A stretch of 64,000 nucleotides of DNA from Gammaproteobacteria bacterium (GCA_024234955.1 JACKNK010000006.1:204782-268781); one strand, 5' to 3'. Numbered from the stretch's first letter, positions 1 through 9,822 are shown. Numbers and translations are program-made. The notes: generated by a model not told the origin, from the letters alone.

Positions 1-1035
1 CGAGACAACTGGTGGATTTTTGGGGAGCCTCGCAAAGATTTTCGACCCGCCTTGGTCGATCTCACTCGCTACATCGCCACCGTCGAAACCAGCAAACACC
101 GCGTATTCACCTTCCTGGACCGCGAAATCCTGCCGGACAACATGCTGGTCAACATCGCGGTCGATGACGCCTCCGTACTCGGCGTCCTCTCCAGCCGCAT
201 CCACGTCCTCTGGGCGCTGGCCGCCGGTGGCCGCCTCGGCGTCGGCAACGACCCGCGCTACAACAAGACCCGCTGCTTCGAAACCTTCCCCTTCCCCACC
301 CCCGACGCCACCCGATCATCGACCTTGGGCGCGCGCATCCGCGACCTCGCCGAACAGCTCGACGCCCACCGCAAGGCCCGCCAGGCCGCGCACCCGGAAC
401 TCACCCTGACCGGGATGTACAACGTGCTCGACAAGCTGCGCGCCCGCGACGGCCTGCAACTCTCCCCGGTCGAGCGCGCCGCCGACGGCAGCCCGCCGCC
501 GCTGACCGACAAGGAACGCGCGATCTACGACCACGGCCTGGTCGGCATCCTCAAGCAGCTCCACGACGAACTCGACGCCGCCGTGTTCGCCGCCTACGGC
601 TGGTCCGATCTGCACGCCGCCTACGCGGAGACGAAAGGCGACGCCGACGCCGTGCGCGCCGTCGACGAACAGGTGCTGCAACGCCTGGTCGACCTCAACG
701 CCGAACGCGCCGCCGAGGAGGCGCGCGGCCTGATCCGCTGGCTGCGCCCGGACTACCAGAACCCCAAGGGCGACACCGCCGCCGCCCAGACCGAAGCCGA
801 CCTCGACCCCGAGGCCATCGCCACCCCCGCCGCCAAACTCCCCTGGCCCAAAGACCTCCCCGCGCAGATCCAGGCCGTCCGCGCCGCCCTCGGCCAATCC
901 CCCACCGCCGCGACCCCGGTCGAGATCGCCCGCCAATTCAAGGCCGCCCCCGCGAAAAAGGTCGCCGAACTCCTCGACACCCTCGTCGCCCTCGGCCAAT
1001 GCCAACACACCGCCGACCGCTACACCGCCCGCTGA
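1..1035 (+). CDS. C-terminal fragment of a SAM-dependent DNA methyltransferase / type IIG restriction-modification enzyme; the gene continues upstream of the window
   Basis: Frame 1 is open from base 1 ([14 protein letters not shown]...) to the stop at 1035. It carries the conserved C-terminal blocks [29 protein letters not shown] and TLTGMYNVL seen in PglX/MmeI-like N6-adenine MTase-REase fusions. Coding-like codon usage. Confidence 0.5.
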   Translation, partial: RDNWWIFGEPRKDFRPALVDLTRYIATVETSKHRVFTFLDREILPDNMLVNIAVDDASVLGVLSSRIHVLWALAAGGRLGVGNDPRYNKTRCFETFPFPTPDATRSSTLGARIRDLAEQLDAHRKARQAAHPELTLTGMYNVLDKLRARDGLQLSPVERAADGSPPPLTDKERAIYDHGLVGILKQLHDELDAAVFAAYGWSDLHAAYAETKGDADAVRAVDEQVLQRLVDLNAERAAEEARGLIRWLRPDYQNPKGDTAAAQTEADLDPEAIATPAAKLPWPKDLPAQIQAVRAALGQSPTAATPVEIARQFKAAPAKKVAELLDTLVALGQCQHTADRYTAR

Positions 1036-1061
1036 TACCCCCACCCACGCATCGCCCAACA

Positions 1062-1242
1062 ACCCGCGACCGATGCGGTTCGCTGCGCTCACCACATCCT
1101 ACGTACCGGACACACCGCCAACCGCCACACCACCCGCCGACATCCCCCGTAGGATGTGGTGAGTAACACGAACCGCATCGATCGCGAACGGCCATAAATC
1201 CTCGACCGATGCGGTTCGCTACGCTCACCACATCCTACGGAT
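1062..1242. repeat. REP (repetitive extragenic palindrome) cluster, three units in alternating orientation (BIME-like)
   Basis: Near-identical 37-nt imperfect palindromes GACCGATGCGGTTCGCTGCGCTCACCACATCCTACG at 1068-1103, inverted at 1148-1184, and direct at 1204-1240. Confidence 0.8.
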
Positions 1243-1312
1243 TGCCACGGGTAAGATGCGGAGGGCTACCACCGCATCGCTCGCGCATCACCACCACGCA
1301 AAGGACCGCGTC

Positions 1313-1843
1313 ATGACCGAATATCGCCGCTTCGCACACCCTGGCGGGACGTGGTTCTTCACGGTCAATCTGGCGCAACGTCGCGGCAACACCCTGCTGG
1401 TCGATCACATCGCGGAACTCCGCGCGGCGTTCGATACGGTGAAACGCCGCCACCCGTTCGATATCGACGCCGTGGTGATCCTTCCCGATCACCTGCATTG
1501 CATCTGGACCCTGCCGCCGGGCGACGCGGATTACGCGACCCGCTGGGGCCTCATCAAGGCCAACTTCTCCCGTCGCATCGCAAGGGAGGAGCGCATCTCC
1601 GCGAGCCGCCATCAACGCGGCGAACGCGGGTTATGGCAACGGCGCTTCTGGGAACACCTGCTCCGCGACGACGAAGATGTCCGCCGCCACGTCGATTACA
1701 TCCATTGGAACCCGGTGAAACATGGCTGGGTGAATCGCGTCATCGAATGGCCCCATTCGAGCTTTCACCGCTACGTGAACGCCGGCGTGTACCCGGCGGA
1801 TTGGGGCGGCGGGGCCGCGCTGGATGTGATGGCCGGGGAATGA
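1313..1843 (+). CDS. REP-associated tyrosine transposase (RAYT, IS200/IS605 TnpA-like)
   Basis: ATG at 1313 with an AAGGA Shine-Dalgarno 7 nt upstream. Protein MTEYRRFAHPGGTWFFTVNLAQRR...ILPDHLHCIW...WQRRFWEH...YIHWNPVKHGW matches the HuH/tyrosine RAYT family. Flanked on both sides by REP clusters. Confidence 0.8.
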   Translation: MTEYRRFAHPGGTWFFTVNLAQRRGNTLLVDHIAELRAAFDTVKRRHPFDIDAVVILPDHLHCIWTLPPGDADYATRWGLIKANFSRRIAREERISASRHQRGERGLWQRRFWEHLLRDDEDVRRHVDYIHWNPVKHGWVNRVIEWPHSSFHRYVNAGVYPADWGGGAALDVMAGE

Positions 1844-1854
1844 CCCACCCGCCC

Positions 1855-2010
1855 CCGTAGGATGTGGTGAGCAACGCGAACCGCATCGGTCGAGGATCGG
1901 CGGTGGGCGCGATCGATGCGGTTCGCTGCGCTCACCACATCCTACGGACTGGCACAGGGTCAGCCCGTGAGTCCCCCGAAGTGGTGAGCCCAGCGAACCG
2001 CATCCGACGA
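1855..2010. repeat. REP cluster downstream of the RAYT gene (two full units plus one degenerate)
   Basis: CGTAGGATGTGGTGAGCAACGCGAACCGCATCGGTCGAGG at 1856-1895, the inverted unit at 1908-1946, and a partial GTGGTGAGCCCAGCGAACCGCATCCGACG at 1981-2010. Confidence 0.75.
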
Positions 2011-2202
2011 AGTTGTCACGAGCAGCCCTTGGCGCAAGCCGAAGGTGTTCCGCCGTCGGCGTTTGGTGGTCATTACGGCGCCGGTTGGTGGAACGCCCTG
2101 CGTTGAACGTGATACTCGCGTGTGACCGCCGTCATCGTGATAGGTGTGACTCGACCGGCAAAGCCGGTATAACCGCTCGATTCGTGGAATTGAGGAACGC
2201 CG

Positions 2203-3405
2203 ATGCTGACCGTCGATGAAGTCTATGAGCGCCTGCTGGCCGTTGCGCCTCGCGTATTGGAGTCCGAGATCCTGCCGCTGGCGCAGTGCGACAACCGCGT
2301 GCTGGCGGAGGATGTGATCGCCGATCTGGATGTGCCGCCGCACGACAATTCGGCAATGGATGGTTACGCGGTACGCAGTGCGGACATCACGGCCTGCGGG
2401 ACGCGGCTTCGCGTATCGCAGCGGATTCCCGCCGGGTCGATGGGCACCGAACTGGAACCGGGCACGGCGGCACGCATCTTTACCGGGGCGCCGGTGCCGC
2501 CGGGTGCCGACGCAGTGGTGATGCAGGAAGACACCGCAGCCGACGGCGATTACGTGGTCATCAACATCGTTCCGCCGCCGGGTGAGAGCGTACGCAAACG
2601 CGGTGAGGACATCAGCGCGGGCAAGCCGATCCTGCGCGCCGGGCATCATCTGCGTCCGCAGGAACTCGGGCTGGCGGCGTCGATCGGCGTCGCGGAGCTG
2701 ACGGTGTTCCGGCGCCTCCGCGTGGCGACCTTCTCGACCGGCGACGAGCTGGTGCTTCCGGGCAAGCCGCTCGGCCCGGGTCAGATATACAACTCGAACC
2801 GGTACACGATGTTCGGGCTGCTGGCGCGCATGGGCTGCGAGGTGGTCGATCTGGGCGTGGTCGAGGACACGCTTGAGGCGACCAAGGCGGCACTGACCGA
2901 AGCGGCGGCGAAGGCGGACCTGATTCTGACCAGCGGCGGGGTGTCGGTCGGCGAGGAAGACCACCTGAAACCGGCGGTTGAGTCGCTGGGGTCGCTGGAT
3001 CTGTGGCGCATCGCGATGAAGCCGGGCAAGCCGCTGGCATATGGGTCCGTGAATGGCACACCGTTCATCGGCCTGCCAGGCAATCCGGTGTCGGTATTCG
3101 CCACCTTCCTGCTGTTTGCGCGACCGTTCCTGCGCACCATGATGGGCATAGAACGCGCGCTGCCGGAGGCGATCCGCGTCGAGGCCGGTTTCGACTGGCC
3201 GAAACCGGGCAAGCGCCAGGAATATCTGCGCGCACGGCTGCGTCGCGGCGGCGACGGTCATGCGATCGCGACCCTCTATCCTCATCAGGGTTCGGGCGTA
3301 CTGACCTCGACCGTCTGGGCCGACGGTCTGGTGATCGTGCCGATCGGGGAGACGGTTGCCATCGGCGACCGCGTCCAATACCTGCCATTCGGGGACCTGC
3401 TATGA
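2203..3405 (+). CDS. moeA: Molybdopterin molybdenumtransferase MoeA
   Basis: 400 aa with a GAGGAA RBS. Contains the MDGYAVR and [10 protein letters not shown] motifs. Stop overlaps the moaC start (ATGA). Confidence 0.9.
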   Translation: MLTVDEVYERLLAVAPRVLESEILPLAQCDNRVLAEDVIADLDVPPHDNSAMDGYAVRSADITACGTRLRVSQRIPAGSMGTELEPGTAARIFTGAPVPPGADAVVMQEDTAADGDYVVINIVPPPGESVRKRGEDISAGKPILRAGHHLRPQELGLAASIGVAELTVFRRLRVATFSTGDELVLPGKPLGPGQIYNSNRYTMFGLLARMGCEVVDLGVVEDTLEATKAALTEAAAKADLILTSGGVSVGEEDHLKPAVESLGSLDLWRIAMKPGKPLAYGSVNGTPFIGLPGNPVSVFATFLLFARPFLRTMMGIERALPEAIRVEAGFDWPKPGKRQEYLRARLRRGGDGHAIATLYPHQGSGVLTSTVWADGLVIVPIGETVAIGDRVQYLPFGDLL

Positions 3406-3887
3406 GCGGATTGACCCACATCGACGAGACCGGCGCGGCGCGCATGGTGGATGTCGGCGAGAAAGCCATCACGCAGCGCGAGGCGACCGCCGCCGCACGC
3501 ATCCGCATGTTGCCGGAGACGCTGGCACTGATTGTTGCGGGCGGCCACAAGAAGGGCGACGTGCTGGCGGTGGCGCGCATCGCCGGTATTCAGGCGGCCA
3601 AGCAGACGCCGGCCCTGATCCCGCTCTGTCATCCGCTGATGCTCTCCAAGGTCAGCGTCGATCTGCAGCCCAACCCGGCAGAATCCTGCGTGGACATCAC
3701 CGCGACCTGCGGTCTGGCCGGGCAGACCGGTGTGGAGATGGAGGCGCTGACCGCCGCCTCGGTGGCCGCGCTGACGGTCTACGACATGTGCAAGGCGGTG
3801 GATCGCGGCATGGTGATTGAACAGGTCCGACTGCTGGAAAAGAAGGGCGGCAAGAGCGGCCATTGGGTCGCGGAGGACGAGGCATGA
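3402..3887 (+). CDS. moaC: Cyclic pyranopterin monophosphate synthase MoaC
   Basis: 161 aa. Contains ...[16 protein letters not shown]...[23 protein letters not shown], characteristic of MoaC. Confidence 0.9.
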   Translation: MSGLTHIDETGAARMVDVGEKAITQREATAAARIRMLPETLALIVAGGHKKGDVLAVARIAGIQAAKQTPALIPLCHPLMLSKVSVDLQPNPAESCVDITATCGLAGQTGVEMEALTAASVAALTVYDMCKAVDRGMVIEQVRLLEKKGGKSGHWVAEDEA

Positions 3888-4132
3888 TCCGCGTGCTTTA
3901 TTTCGCCCGTCTGCGTGAGGCACTGGGCAGCGATGGCGAACAGATCGCCCCCGACGTCGGCAATATCGCCGACCTGAAAGCGGTTTTGGCCGCACGAGGC
4001 GGGGTGTGGCAGAGCGAATTCGCCGACAACCCGCGTCTGCTGGCCTCGGTGAATCAGGACATGGCCGGCAACGACACGCCGGTCGTCGATGGCGATGAGG
4101 TTGGATTCTTTCCGCCGGTCACCGGCGGCTGA
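3884..4132 (+). CDS. moaD: Molybdopterin synthase sulfur-carrier subunit MoaD
   Basis: 82 aa ending in GG (…FFPPVTGG). Translationally coupled to moaC. No moaE follows. Confidence 0.8.
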   Translation: MIRVLYFARLREALGSDGEQIAPDVGNIADLKAVLAARGGVWQSEFADNPRLLASVNQDMAGNDTPVVDGDEVGFFPPVTGG

Positions 4133-5849
4133 AGGCGCTCCGACGCCGCCACACCAGGCCCAGCCAGATCAGCAAGCCAAGGCCGGATGACGCGAAACCG
4201 GCCCATTCCTGCGGCAACCTTTGCCATTCGGCGCGGAAGCGATGCCGGCCCGGCGGAACCTCAACCTGGATCAGACCGGACGGATTCGCGCTGCGGTGGG
4301 CAATGGGCGCATCGTCCCGGCGCATCGTCCAGGCCGGGAAGTCAAACATCGACAGGCGCAGGGGCACGGGGGTGGCGTGCGGATTGACCACCTCCCACTG
4401 CGTGGCGCGATCCGGCATCACGATGGATGCACATTCCAGCGACTGAAGGGCGCATTCCTTGGCCTGCCCGCCCTGTTCGAGCCATTCCAGCCAGGCGGAC
4501 AGTTGCGCCTCACCGGGGCGGAACTCCGGAATGCCCTTGAAAGGGGCCGTACGCAGCGCCTCGACATCCATTGGCCGACCTTCGATGAAATCCATCTTCA
4601 CCACCAGCCCGGCCCCGATCAGCAGATGCAGGGCCAGCAACGCGACCCCGATCCGGATTGCGCGGCGTGCGTGCGTGCGGATGGCGTGATCGAGCACCAG
4701 AACCAGCGCGAGCAGCGCCGTCAACTGCACCACGACCACAAAACGGAAGGGGAACTGCACTTTCAGGAGCGGACTGTCCAGCATCCACAGCGGGTAAGCG
4801 AGTTCGCTGCCGAGCGCCAACGCGACCCCTGAGACCATCAGCAAACCGGTTATGGCGCGGCGGCGCGGGGCGTCCATTTCTGCACCCTGACCGCGCAGAT
4901 ACCCGAATACGCCAAGCACTGTAGGCAGCAGCAGCAACGGCACCGCGACCTGCATCGTCGGCCAGCGCATGCCGTGCACCGGTGCGGTGAACACGGGCAG
5001 CAGGAAGGCGTTATCCGGCTTGTAGAACGCGGTCCAGTTGACGGTGCTGGCGAGATCGAACGAGGTGAGCGCGGGAATCAGATGCAAGCCGGCCAGCATC
5101 AGCGCGATGACGACGCTCAGCGCCCACCACCGCAACCAGCTGCCGAATCGGTTCCAGGGCCTGCCGTCACCGCGCCCGATGTGCCGCAACCCCAGGTGCC
5201 GCAACCCGAGGGCGCTGAATCCGATCAAGGCCATCAAGCCGGTGAGGGTGTGCATCAGGATGACCGCTGCCAGCGCCAGGATCACGCCGGGATCGAGCCG
5301 GCTTTCGGGGTCTCGATCCCCCCGCAGCAGCGCGTAGCCCAGCGCGGTGAGCGCGGCGAAGCTGGTTGCCCAGGGCAGGCCGCTGAAATGCAGCGCGATC
5401 AGGAAAGGCACAGGCGCCAGTTGCAGGGCCATCGCGCCCAGAGTGGCCGACAGCCGGGCAACGCCATGCGAACGGAACAGAGCCAACGCGAACGCCCCGG
5501 TAAGCAGACTTGCCGCCAGCTCGAAGATACGGATCGACACCCAGATGTCGTCGATCAGCAGATTGAGCAGCGCAACCCCGTAAAAGTAACCGGGGGCGTA
5601 GTACAGCAACGCCGGACTGCCCAGACCGTAATTGCTGGCATGCACCCAACGCGGATACAGCTCCAGATTCGCCAGGCTCGCGCCCATCTGATCGACCCAC
5701 AACAGATGGGCAATGAAGTCCATGTTCGGGGCGCCGACCTCGAACCACAGATGTGGCGACTGCACCAGGGCGGCGGTCAGCAACAGCGCCAGCCAGGATG
5801 TGGCCTGGGTAAGCCGGTGCGGCATCATGGATGCGAGGAGAGCGACCAT
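4119..5849 (-). CDS. Polytopic (about 13 TM) membrane protein with a roughly 180-aa C-terminal extracytoplasmic domain; putative GT-C-type (YfhO/ArnT-like) glycosyltransferase
   Basis: Start MVALLASMMPHRL. The alternative start MMPHRL at 5828 overlaps the upstream deacetylase stop as ATGA. Many hydrophobic helices, then a soluble tail. Last gene of a five-gene overlapping operon. The N-terminal 160 aa of the raw ORF is read-through of the neighbouring gene. Confidence 0.55.
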   Translation of the reverse strand: MVALLASMMPHRLTQATSWLALLLTAALVQSPHLWFEVGAPNMDFIAHLLWVDQMGASLANLELYPRWVHASNYGLGSPALLYYAPGYFYGVALLNLLIDDIWVSIRIFELAASLLTGAFALALFRSHGVARLSATLGAMALQLAPVPFLIALHFSGLPWATSFAALTALGYALLRGDRDPESRLDPGVILALAAVILMHTLTGLMALIGFSALGLRHLGLRHIGRGDGRPWNRFGSWLRWWALSVVIALMLAGLHLIPALTSFDLASTVNWTAFYKPDNAFLLPVFTAPVHGMRWPTMQVAVPLLLLPTVLGVFGYLRGQGAEMDAPRRRAITGLLMVSGVALALGSELAYPLWMLDSPLLKVQFPFRFVVVVQLTALLALVLVLDHAIRTHARRAIRIGVALLALHLLIGAGLVVKMDFIEGRPMDVEALRTAPFKGIPEFRPGEAQLSAWLEWLEQGGQAKECALQSLECASIVMPDRATQWEVVNPHATPVPLRLSMFDFPAWTMRRDDAPIAHRSANPSGLIQVEVPPGRHRFRAEWQRLPQEWAGFASSGLGLLIWLGLVWRRRSAFSRR

Positions 5850-6703
5850 TCCGGGAGGGTATCTCGCGGGATGTGCTTGTCGAGAAGCTCGCCAATGGGT
5901 GCGAAGCGGAAGTCGCGCAGCAGTTGCGGCACTTTGACCCGCATCGCATCCAGGCGGGTGTAATGCAGCAGGCGCTCGGCGAACGGCATGGGGATGCGCG
6001 GCTTGGCTGGATCGAATTCCGGCGGATGGATGTACACCATCGCGGCACGGCCACGCCGCTGACAATGGCGCAAGGCCGCTCGCACCAGGGGATAGGGCAG
6101 CAGGCGCAGATAGATGCCGCCGGCGATCGGTAGATTGCGCAGCGGGAAACGCAGCACGGTGGGCGGATATTCGATCAGGCTGTGACCGGCGGGTGTGTGC
6201 AGGCGGAACGGATCGTGCGGCGCATCCGGAATCCCGTAGATCGGGGTCCGGGTCGGATAGATGCTGGAGTCGTATTCGATGCCCGCCTCGGCGAGGATGT
6301 CCAACGCCCAGGCGGCCTCTCGGGTGATCGACCAATAGGCGGCGCGATACCCGCGCACCGGTCCGGCCCCTGCCCGATCCAGTGCCTCCAGGCTGCGCTG
6401 CAGGTCCTCCCGGAACTGTTCCGGGGTCTGGCGGTGCACCAGGCGATGCGCGTATCCGTGGCAGGCGAGTTCATGTCCGGCATCGGCGATGCGGCGGATC
6501 AAATCCGGATGACGCGCGGCAACATGCCCAAGCACGAAAAAGGTGCCACGTGCCTGACCATCGGCAAGCACCCTGAGCAGGGTTTCGGTGGTCTCGACCA
6601 CCCGATCCGGAACCCGCTCCCAATCGCCCTCGGACAACCCGAGCACGGAGTGATACCAGTCCTCGATATCGACGCTCAGCGCGATCGGCGTGGGCTCATG
6701 CAC
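5825..6703 (-). CDS. Polysaccharide deacetylase family protein (NodB-like with DUF3473 tail; PEP-CTERM-locus subfamily type)
   Basis: Contains SVDIEDWYH...GTFFVLGHVAARHPDLIRRIADAGHELACHGYAH (NodB catalytic motifs). Probable GTG start at 6703 overlapping the upstream GT2 stop. The long upstream extension of the raw ORF is rejected. Confidence 0.75.
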   Translation of the reverse strand: MHEPTPIALSVDIEDWYHSVLGLSEGDWERVPDRVVETTETLLRVLADGQARGTFFVLGHVAARHPDLIRRIADAGHELACHGYAHRLVHRQTPEQFREDLQRSLEALDRAGAGPVRGYRAAYWSITREAAWALDILAEAGIEYDSSIYPTRTPIYGIPDAPHDPFRLHTPAGHSLIEYPPTVLRFPLRNLPIAGGIYLRLLPYPLVRAALRHCQRRGRAAMVYIHPPEFDPAKPRIPMPFAERLLHYTRLDAMRVKVPQLLRDFRFAPIGELLDKHIPRDTLPEWSLSSHP

Positions 6704-7406
6704 GCCGACTGCCCGGCAATGCGATGGCGAGACGCAGCATGTTGCGCAGGGTGCGTGGGACGCGGCGGGCGATATTGATCGGCGCGGGACGCTTTTCTTC
6801 GATCTCCATCGGCAATTCGCAGACCCGCAGATCCGCACGCTCCATGCGGATCACCAGTTCGGTGGTGAAGATGTCCGCATCGGTCTGACATTCCGCCGCG
6901 ATGCGCTTGCCGTGATCGGCACGAAACGCCTTGATGCCGTGCGTGTCCGAACACTTCATGCGGAACGCCAGACGCAGGAAGGCGTTGAATCCCCAGGTGA
7001 TGAAGCGGCGCAGGCGGGGACGATTGTCGCGCGCGCCGGGGGCGCGCTTGGAACCGATCACGGCGTCATAGCGCCGCAACAGGACTTCGCTGATTTCCAC
7101 GAAGGCGACATCGTAGAAGTCGATCTCGAAACACACGATGTCCCGACCCCGCGCATCCAGGATGCCGGCCCGGAGCGCCCCACCGTAGTTCGGTTCGGGA
7201 TAGCGCAGAACCCGCAGACTGGGCAGCCGCTGGGCGAGTTCGGCGGCAATTTCTGCGGTGCCGTCGCGGCTGCCGTTCTCGCAAAGCACCAGTTCGTACT
7301 CGATGCCGAGCGCATCGATGCCGGCAGTGAGGTCGCCGACTGCCGCTTCGAGGATGCCCATCTCGTTGTAGACCGGGATGAGCACGGACACGGCGGGGGA
7401 GGTCAT
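6696..7406 (-). CDS. Family 2 glycosyltransferase, soluble (polyprenol-phosphate sugar synthase-like)
   Basis: 236 aa. MTSPAVSVLIPVYNE...; DxD-type GT2 fold; no TM segments. ATGA overlap with the upstream gene. Confidence 0.8.
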   Translation of the reverse strand: MTSPAVSVLIPVYNEMGILEAAVGDLTAGIDALGIEYELVLCENGSRDGTAEIAAELAQRLPSLRVLRYPEPNYGGALRAGILDARGRDIVCFEIDFYDVAFVEISEVLLRRYDAVIGSKRAPGARDNRPRLRRFITWGFNAFLRLAFRMKCSDTHGIKAFRADHGKRIAAECQTDADIFTTELVIRMERADLRVCELPMEIEEKRPAPINIARRVPRTLRNMLRLAIALPGSRRA

Positions 7407-8773
7407 TTCAGATCGGTCCCCGGGCTGGGCGTTGTCGGCGCGTTCTGCGGGATGCCGAGCAGACTTTGCGCGGCGTCACGCCCGTACAGAATGGCGTCTT
7501 CCATCGATGAATAATCCCACTTGCCGTATCGACCCGTGGAAAGGATGCCGTGTGCACGCAGAAATTCATGAATCGTCGCCGTGGCCTCAGCGTGATGCGC
7601 ATCGTAGATCACATAGGCATAGGGCATGCGCAACGGCCATTCCACGGCGATTTCGGATTCATCTTTCAGCCAGCCCATGTCTTTGAGCCCGGATATCGCG
7701 TCCGCACGCGCCTGCTCGGCATCCAGCGGGCGGTCCCGATTGTAGGACTGTTCCACCCAGACGCTGCTGTGACCGTCCGGTGCCATGCTGGGTGCAATGT
7801 TGCTGAAACAGCCGACGCGGTAGAACGGGTACTTCTCCTCCGGGACATACACCCAGTGACGCCCGCCGGTGTGGTTCGCCTTGATGCCCAGACACAGCGC
7901 CCAGACCGAACTCCAGGAAAGACGGTCGCAGGCCGCGCGCACCGGTTCGGGCAGGTCGGCGATCAAGGCGCACAGCACGGGCAGCGGCAAGGTGCTGATC
8001 AGGGTTTGATAGTCGGTTTCCAGGCCGGTATCGAAACCCACACGTCGATTCACCGCATCGATCCGCACCGCCTCGTGGGCATACTCGATGGGACCGGCAT
8101 GTCGAGCCCAGGCCTCGCTGAGAATCTGGATGCCGCCGTGGCGGGGATACTCAAAACGTGCGTTGTAGCCTGACGAGGCGTCGCGCAGGCCCAGCGCTCC
8201 GGCGACGACCTTGTCCAGCGGCGCTGGCGGCACGAATCGGTTCATCCAGTCCGTGGTCATGGCGGACGGCGGCACGCCCCAGAGTTTGGTGTTGTACGGA
8301 ATCATGAAATGGCGCGCGATCCCGTTGCCGACACTGTGACGAATCCAGGTTTCAAAATCGGGGGCGTCGCGCTCCGGGGTGCGTTCCGGGGCGCGGTCCT
8401 GGTCGCGCGCCGCGATATAGCCGAGCAGGCATTCATTCACCACGGGTAAAGGCAGGCCGTACAGATTGGTCTGGAACGGGTACGGCGTATACACGCGGTG
8501 CGAGTGGATCCAGGCATCTCGGGTAACGGTGGTCAGCTCGCCGGGCAGCCACTCGTTCACCTGCGCGGCGATCTTGGGGTCGCGGAAATGCAGAAAATGG
8601 CCGGTGTAATCGAAGCGGTAGGCGCCGTTCTGTTTGCTGCGCACCAAGCCCCCTGGCGTGGTCTCCTTTTCGAACAGGGCGACATTCGGGTGTTTGCCCC
8701 GCCGGAGGTGATAGGCAGCGCTCATCCCGGTCAGGCCCGCCCCCAATATCACGACGCGATCCGGGCGACTCAT
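7403..8773 (-). CDS. FAD-dependent oxidoreductase, UDP-galactopyranose mutase-like
   Basis: N-terminal Rossmann motif VVILGAGLTGMSAAYHL. RFDYTGHFLHF and IPYNTKLWG resemble the Glf motifs HKYGAHIFH and YTEKQWG. 456 aa; overlaps both neighbours. Confidence 0.55.
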   Translation of the reverse strand: MSRPDRVVILGAGLTGMSAAYHLRRGKHPNVALFEKETTPGGLVRSKQNGAYRFDYTGHFLHFRDPKIAAQVNEWLPGELTTVTRDAWIHSHRVYTPYPFQTNLYGLPLPVVNECLLGYIAARDQDRAPERTPERDAPDFETWIRHSVGNGIARHFMIPYNTKLWGVPPSAMTTDWMNRFVPPAPLDKVVAGALGLRDASSGYNARFEYPRHGGIQILSEAWARHAGPIEYAHEAVRIDAVNRRVGFDTGLETDYQTLISTLPLPVLCALIADLPEPVRAACDRLSWSSVWALCLGIKANHTGGRHWVYVPEEKYPFYRVGCFSNIAPSMAPDGHSSVWVEQSYNRDRPLDAEQARADAISGLKDMGWLKDESEIAVEWPLRMPYAYVIYDAHHAEATATIHEFLRAHGILSTGRYGKWDYSSMEDAILYGRDAAQSLLGIPQNAPTTPSPGTDLK

Positions 8774-9822
8774 TTCGACGCGGGCCCCACCTCGTCGCCA
8801 TGCAGCCGATTCAATGAGAAGCCCCCGACAATCAGATAGACAAGCCCGACCACGGTGATGGGTACGAAAAACGCGACATGCACCAGCAGCGAATAGGCGA
8901 TGGCCGTCTCGCTGCCGACATGGAACAAGGCAAGCGACTCGACCGTGGCGAGCTGTACCGCACCGATGTATCCAGGCGCCTGTGGCACCAGACAGGCGAT
9001 ATTCACCACAACCATGACGAATAACGCACTGTGCAACGGGATTTCCTGATCCAGGCCCAACGCCACCAGGACCATGAGATACATGCAGGCCTCAAAAATC
9101 CAGCGCAGATAAACCAACACCACGAGGCGAAACGACAGATGCGGTTGATCGGGCGTATTGGCCCCGATCAGGAAGCTGCTCAGATACCAGATGAGGTGAT
9201 TGGCCACACGCGGCGACTGCGGCGCAATCCAGCGTTCGATCAAGCCGCGTCGGAGCGCGTGCGAACGCCTGAGTACCATCAGGCCTAGGGAAAACAGCAA
9301 CATTCCCAGCAACAACCATTCGGATGCGTGCTTCAGCCATGTCGGATAGGGCAATACCAAGGTAATCACCAAGGCGACCGACAGCAGTGCATAGGCGTCG
9401 AGCAAGCGCTCAATCACAATGGAACCTAATGCGGTGGTCTTGCTGACAGGCTCACGCTCCCCGACCACATATGCCCGTGCGAACTCACCCAGTCGGGCAG
9501 GCAACAAATTGTTCGCCATATAACCGATCGCCACGGGCGAAAACAGGCGAACAACAGGGATCGTCGCACTCGGCATCAAGAGAATTCGCCAACCTGCGGC
9601 ACGCGCCACAAACCCAAGCAGACCCACCAAAGCACCGCCGAAAAACCAGCCCCAATCCGCCTGACGCAAGACCGCCCAGGTTTCTGCCCAGGAGATGTCG
9701 CGAAATGCAAGGTAACTGAAAACGACGCTCACGCTGATCGCAAGCAAGGTCGAAATGAAACGTCGCACGCTGGGAGTCATGATGCCTATTCGCAAAAAAT
9801 CGCCCGCCGGTTTATGCCGCAT
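8770..9822 (-). CDS. Flippase-like UPF0104 family membrane protein (lysylphosphatidylglycerol-synthase TM-domain family)
   Basis: 8-9 predicted TM helices; ...GYMANNLLPARLGEFARAYVV... is typical of the family. First gene of the operon. The start may be the internal M at 9780. Confidence 0.65.
   Translation of the reverse strand: MRHKPAGDFLRIGIMTPSVRRFISTLLAISVSVVFSYLAFRDISWAETWAVLRQADWGWFFGGALVGLLGFVARAAGWRILLMPSATIPVVRLFSPVAIGYMANNLLPARLGEFARAYVVGEREPVSKTTALGSIVIERLLDAYALLSVALVITLVLPYPTWLKHASEWLLLGMLLFSLGLMVLRRSHALRRGLIERWIAPQSPRVANHLIWYLSSFLIGANTPDQPHLSFRLVVLVYLRWIFEACMYLMVLVALGLDQEIPLHSALFVMVVVNIACLVPQAPGYIGAVQLATVESLALFHVGSETAIAYSLLVHVAFFVPITVVGLVYLIVGGFSLNRLHGDEVGPASK

Noticed and set aside
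316-1095. Long minus-strand ORFs overlapping plus-strand genes throughout the window (for example 316-1095, 1960-3378, 4974-5963+, 24579-26024, 26950-27831, 48646-49938, 17313-18113)
   Set aside because: They are antisense to ORFs with clear family motifs. Their composition is Arg/Ala/Gly/Pro-rich, as expected from reading GC-rich coding DNA in the wrong frame. They have no RBS or motifs. They are treated as high-GC shadow ORFs.
938-2106. ORFs 938-1231(-) and 1864-2106(+) beginning MVSVANRIGRG / MVSNANRIGRG
   Set aside because: Their identical N-termini are translations of the REP palindrome itself. They are repeat artefacts, not genes.
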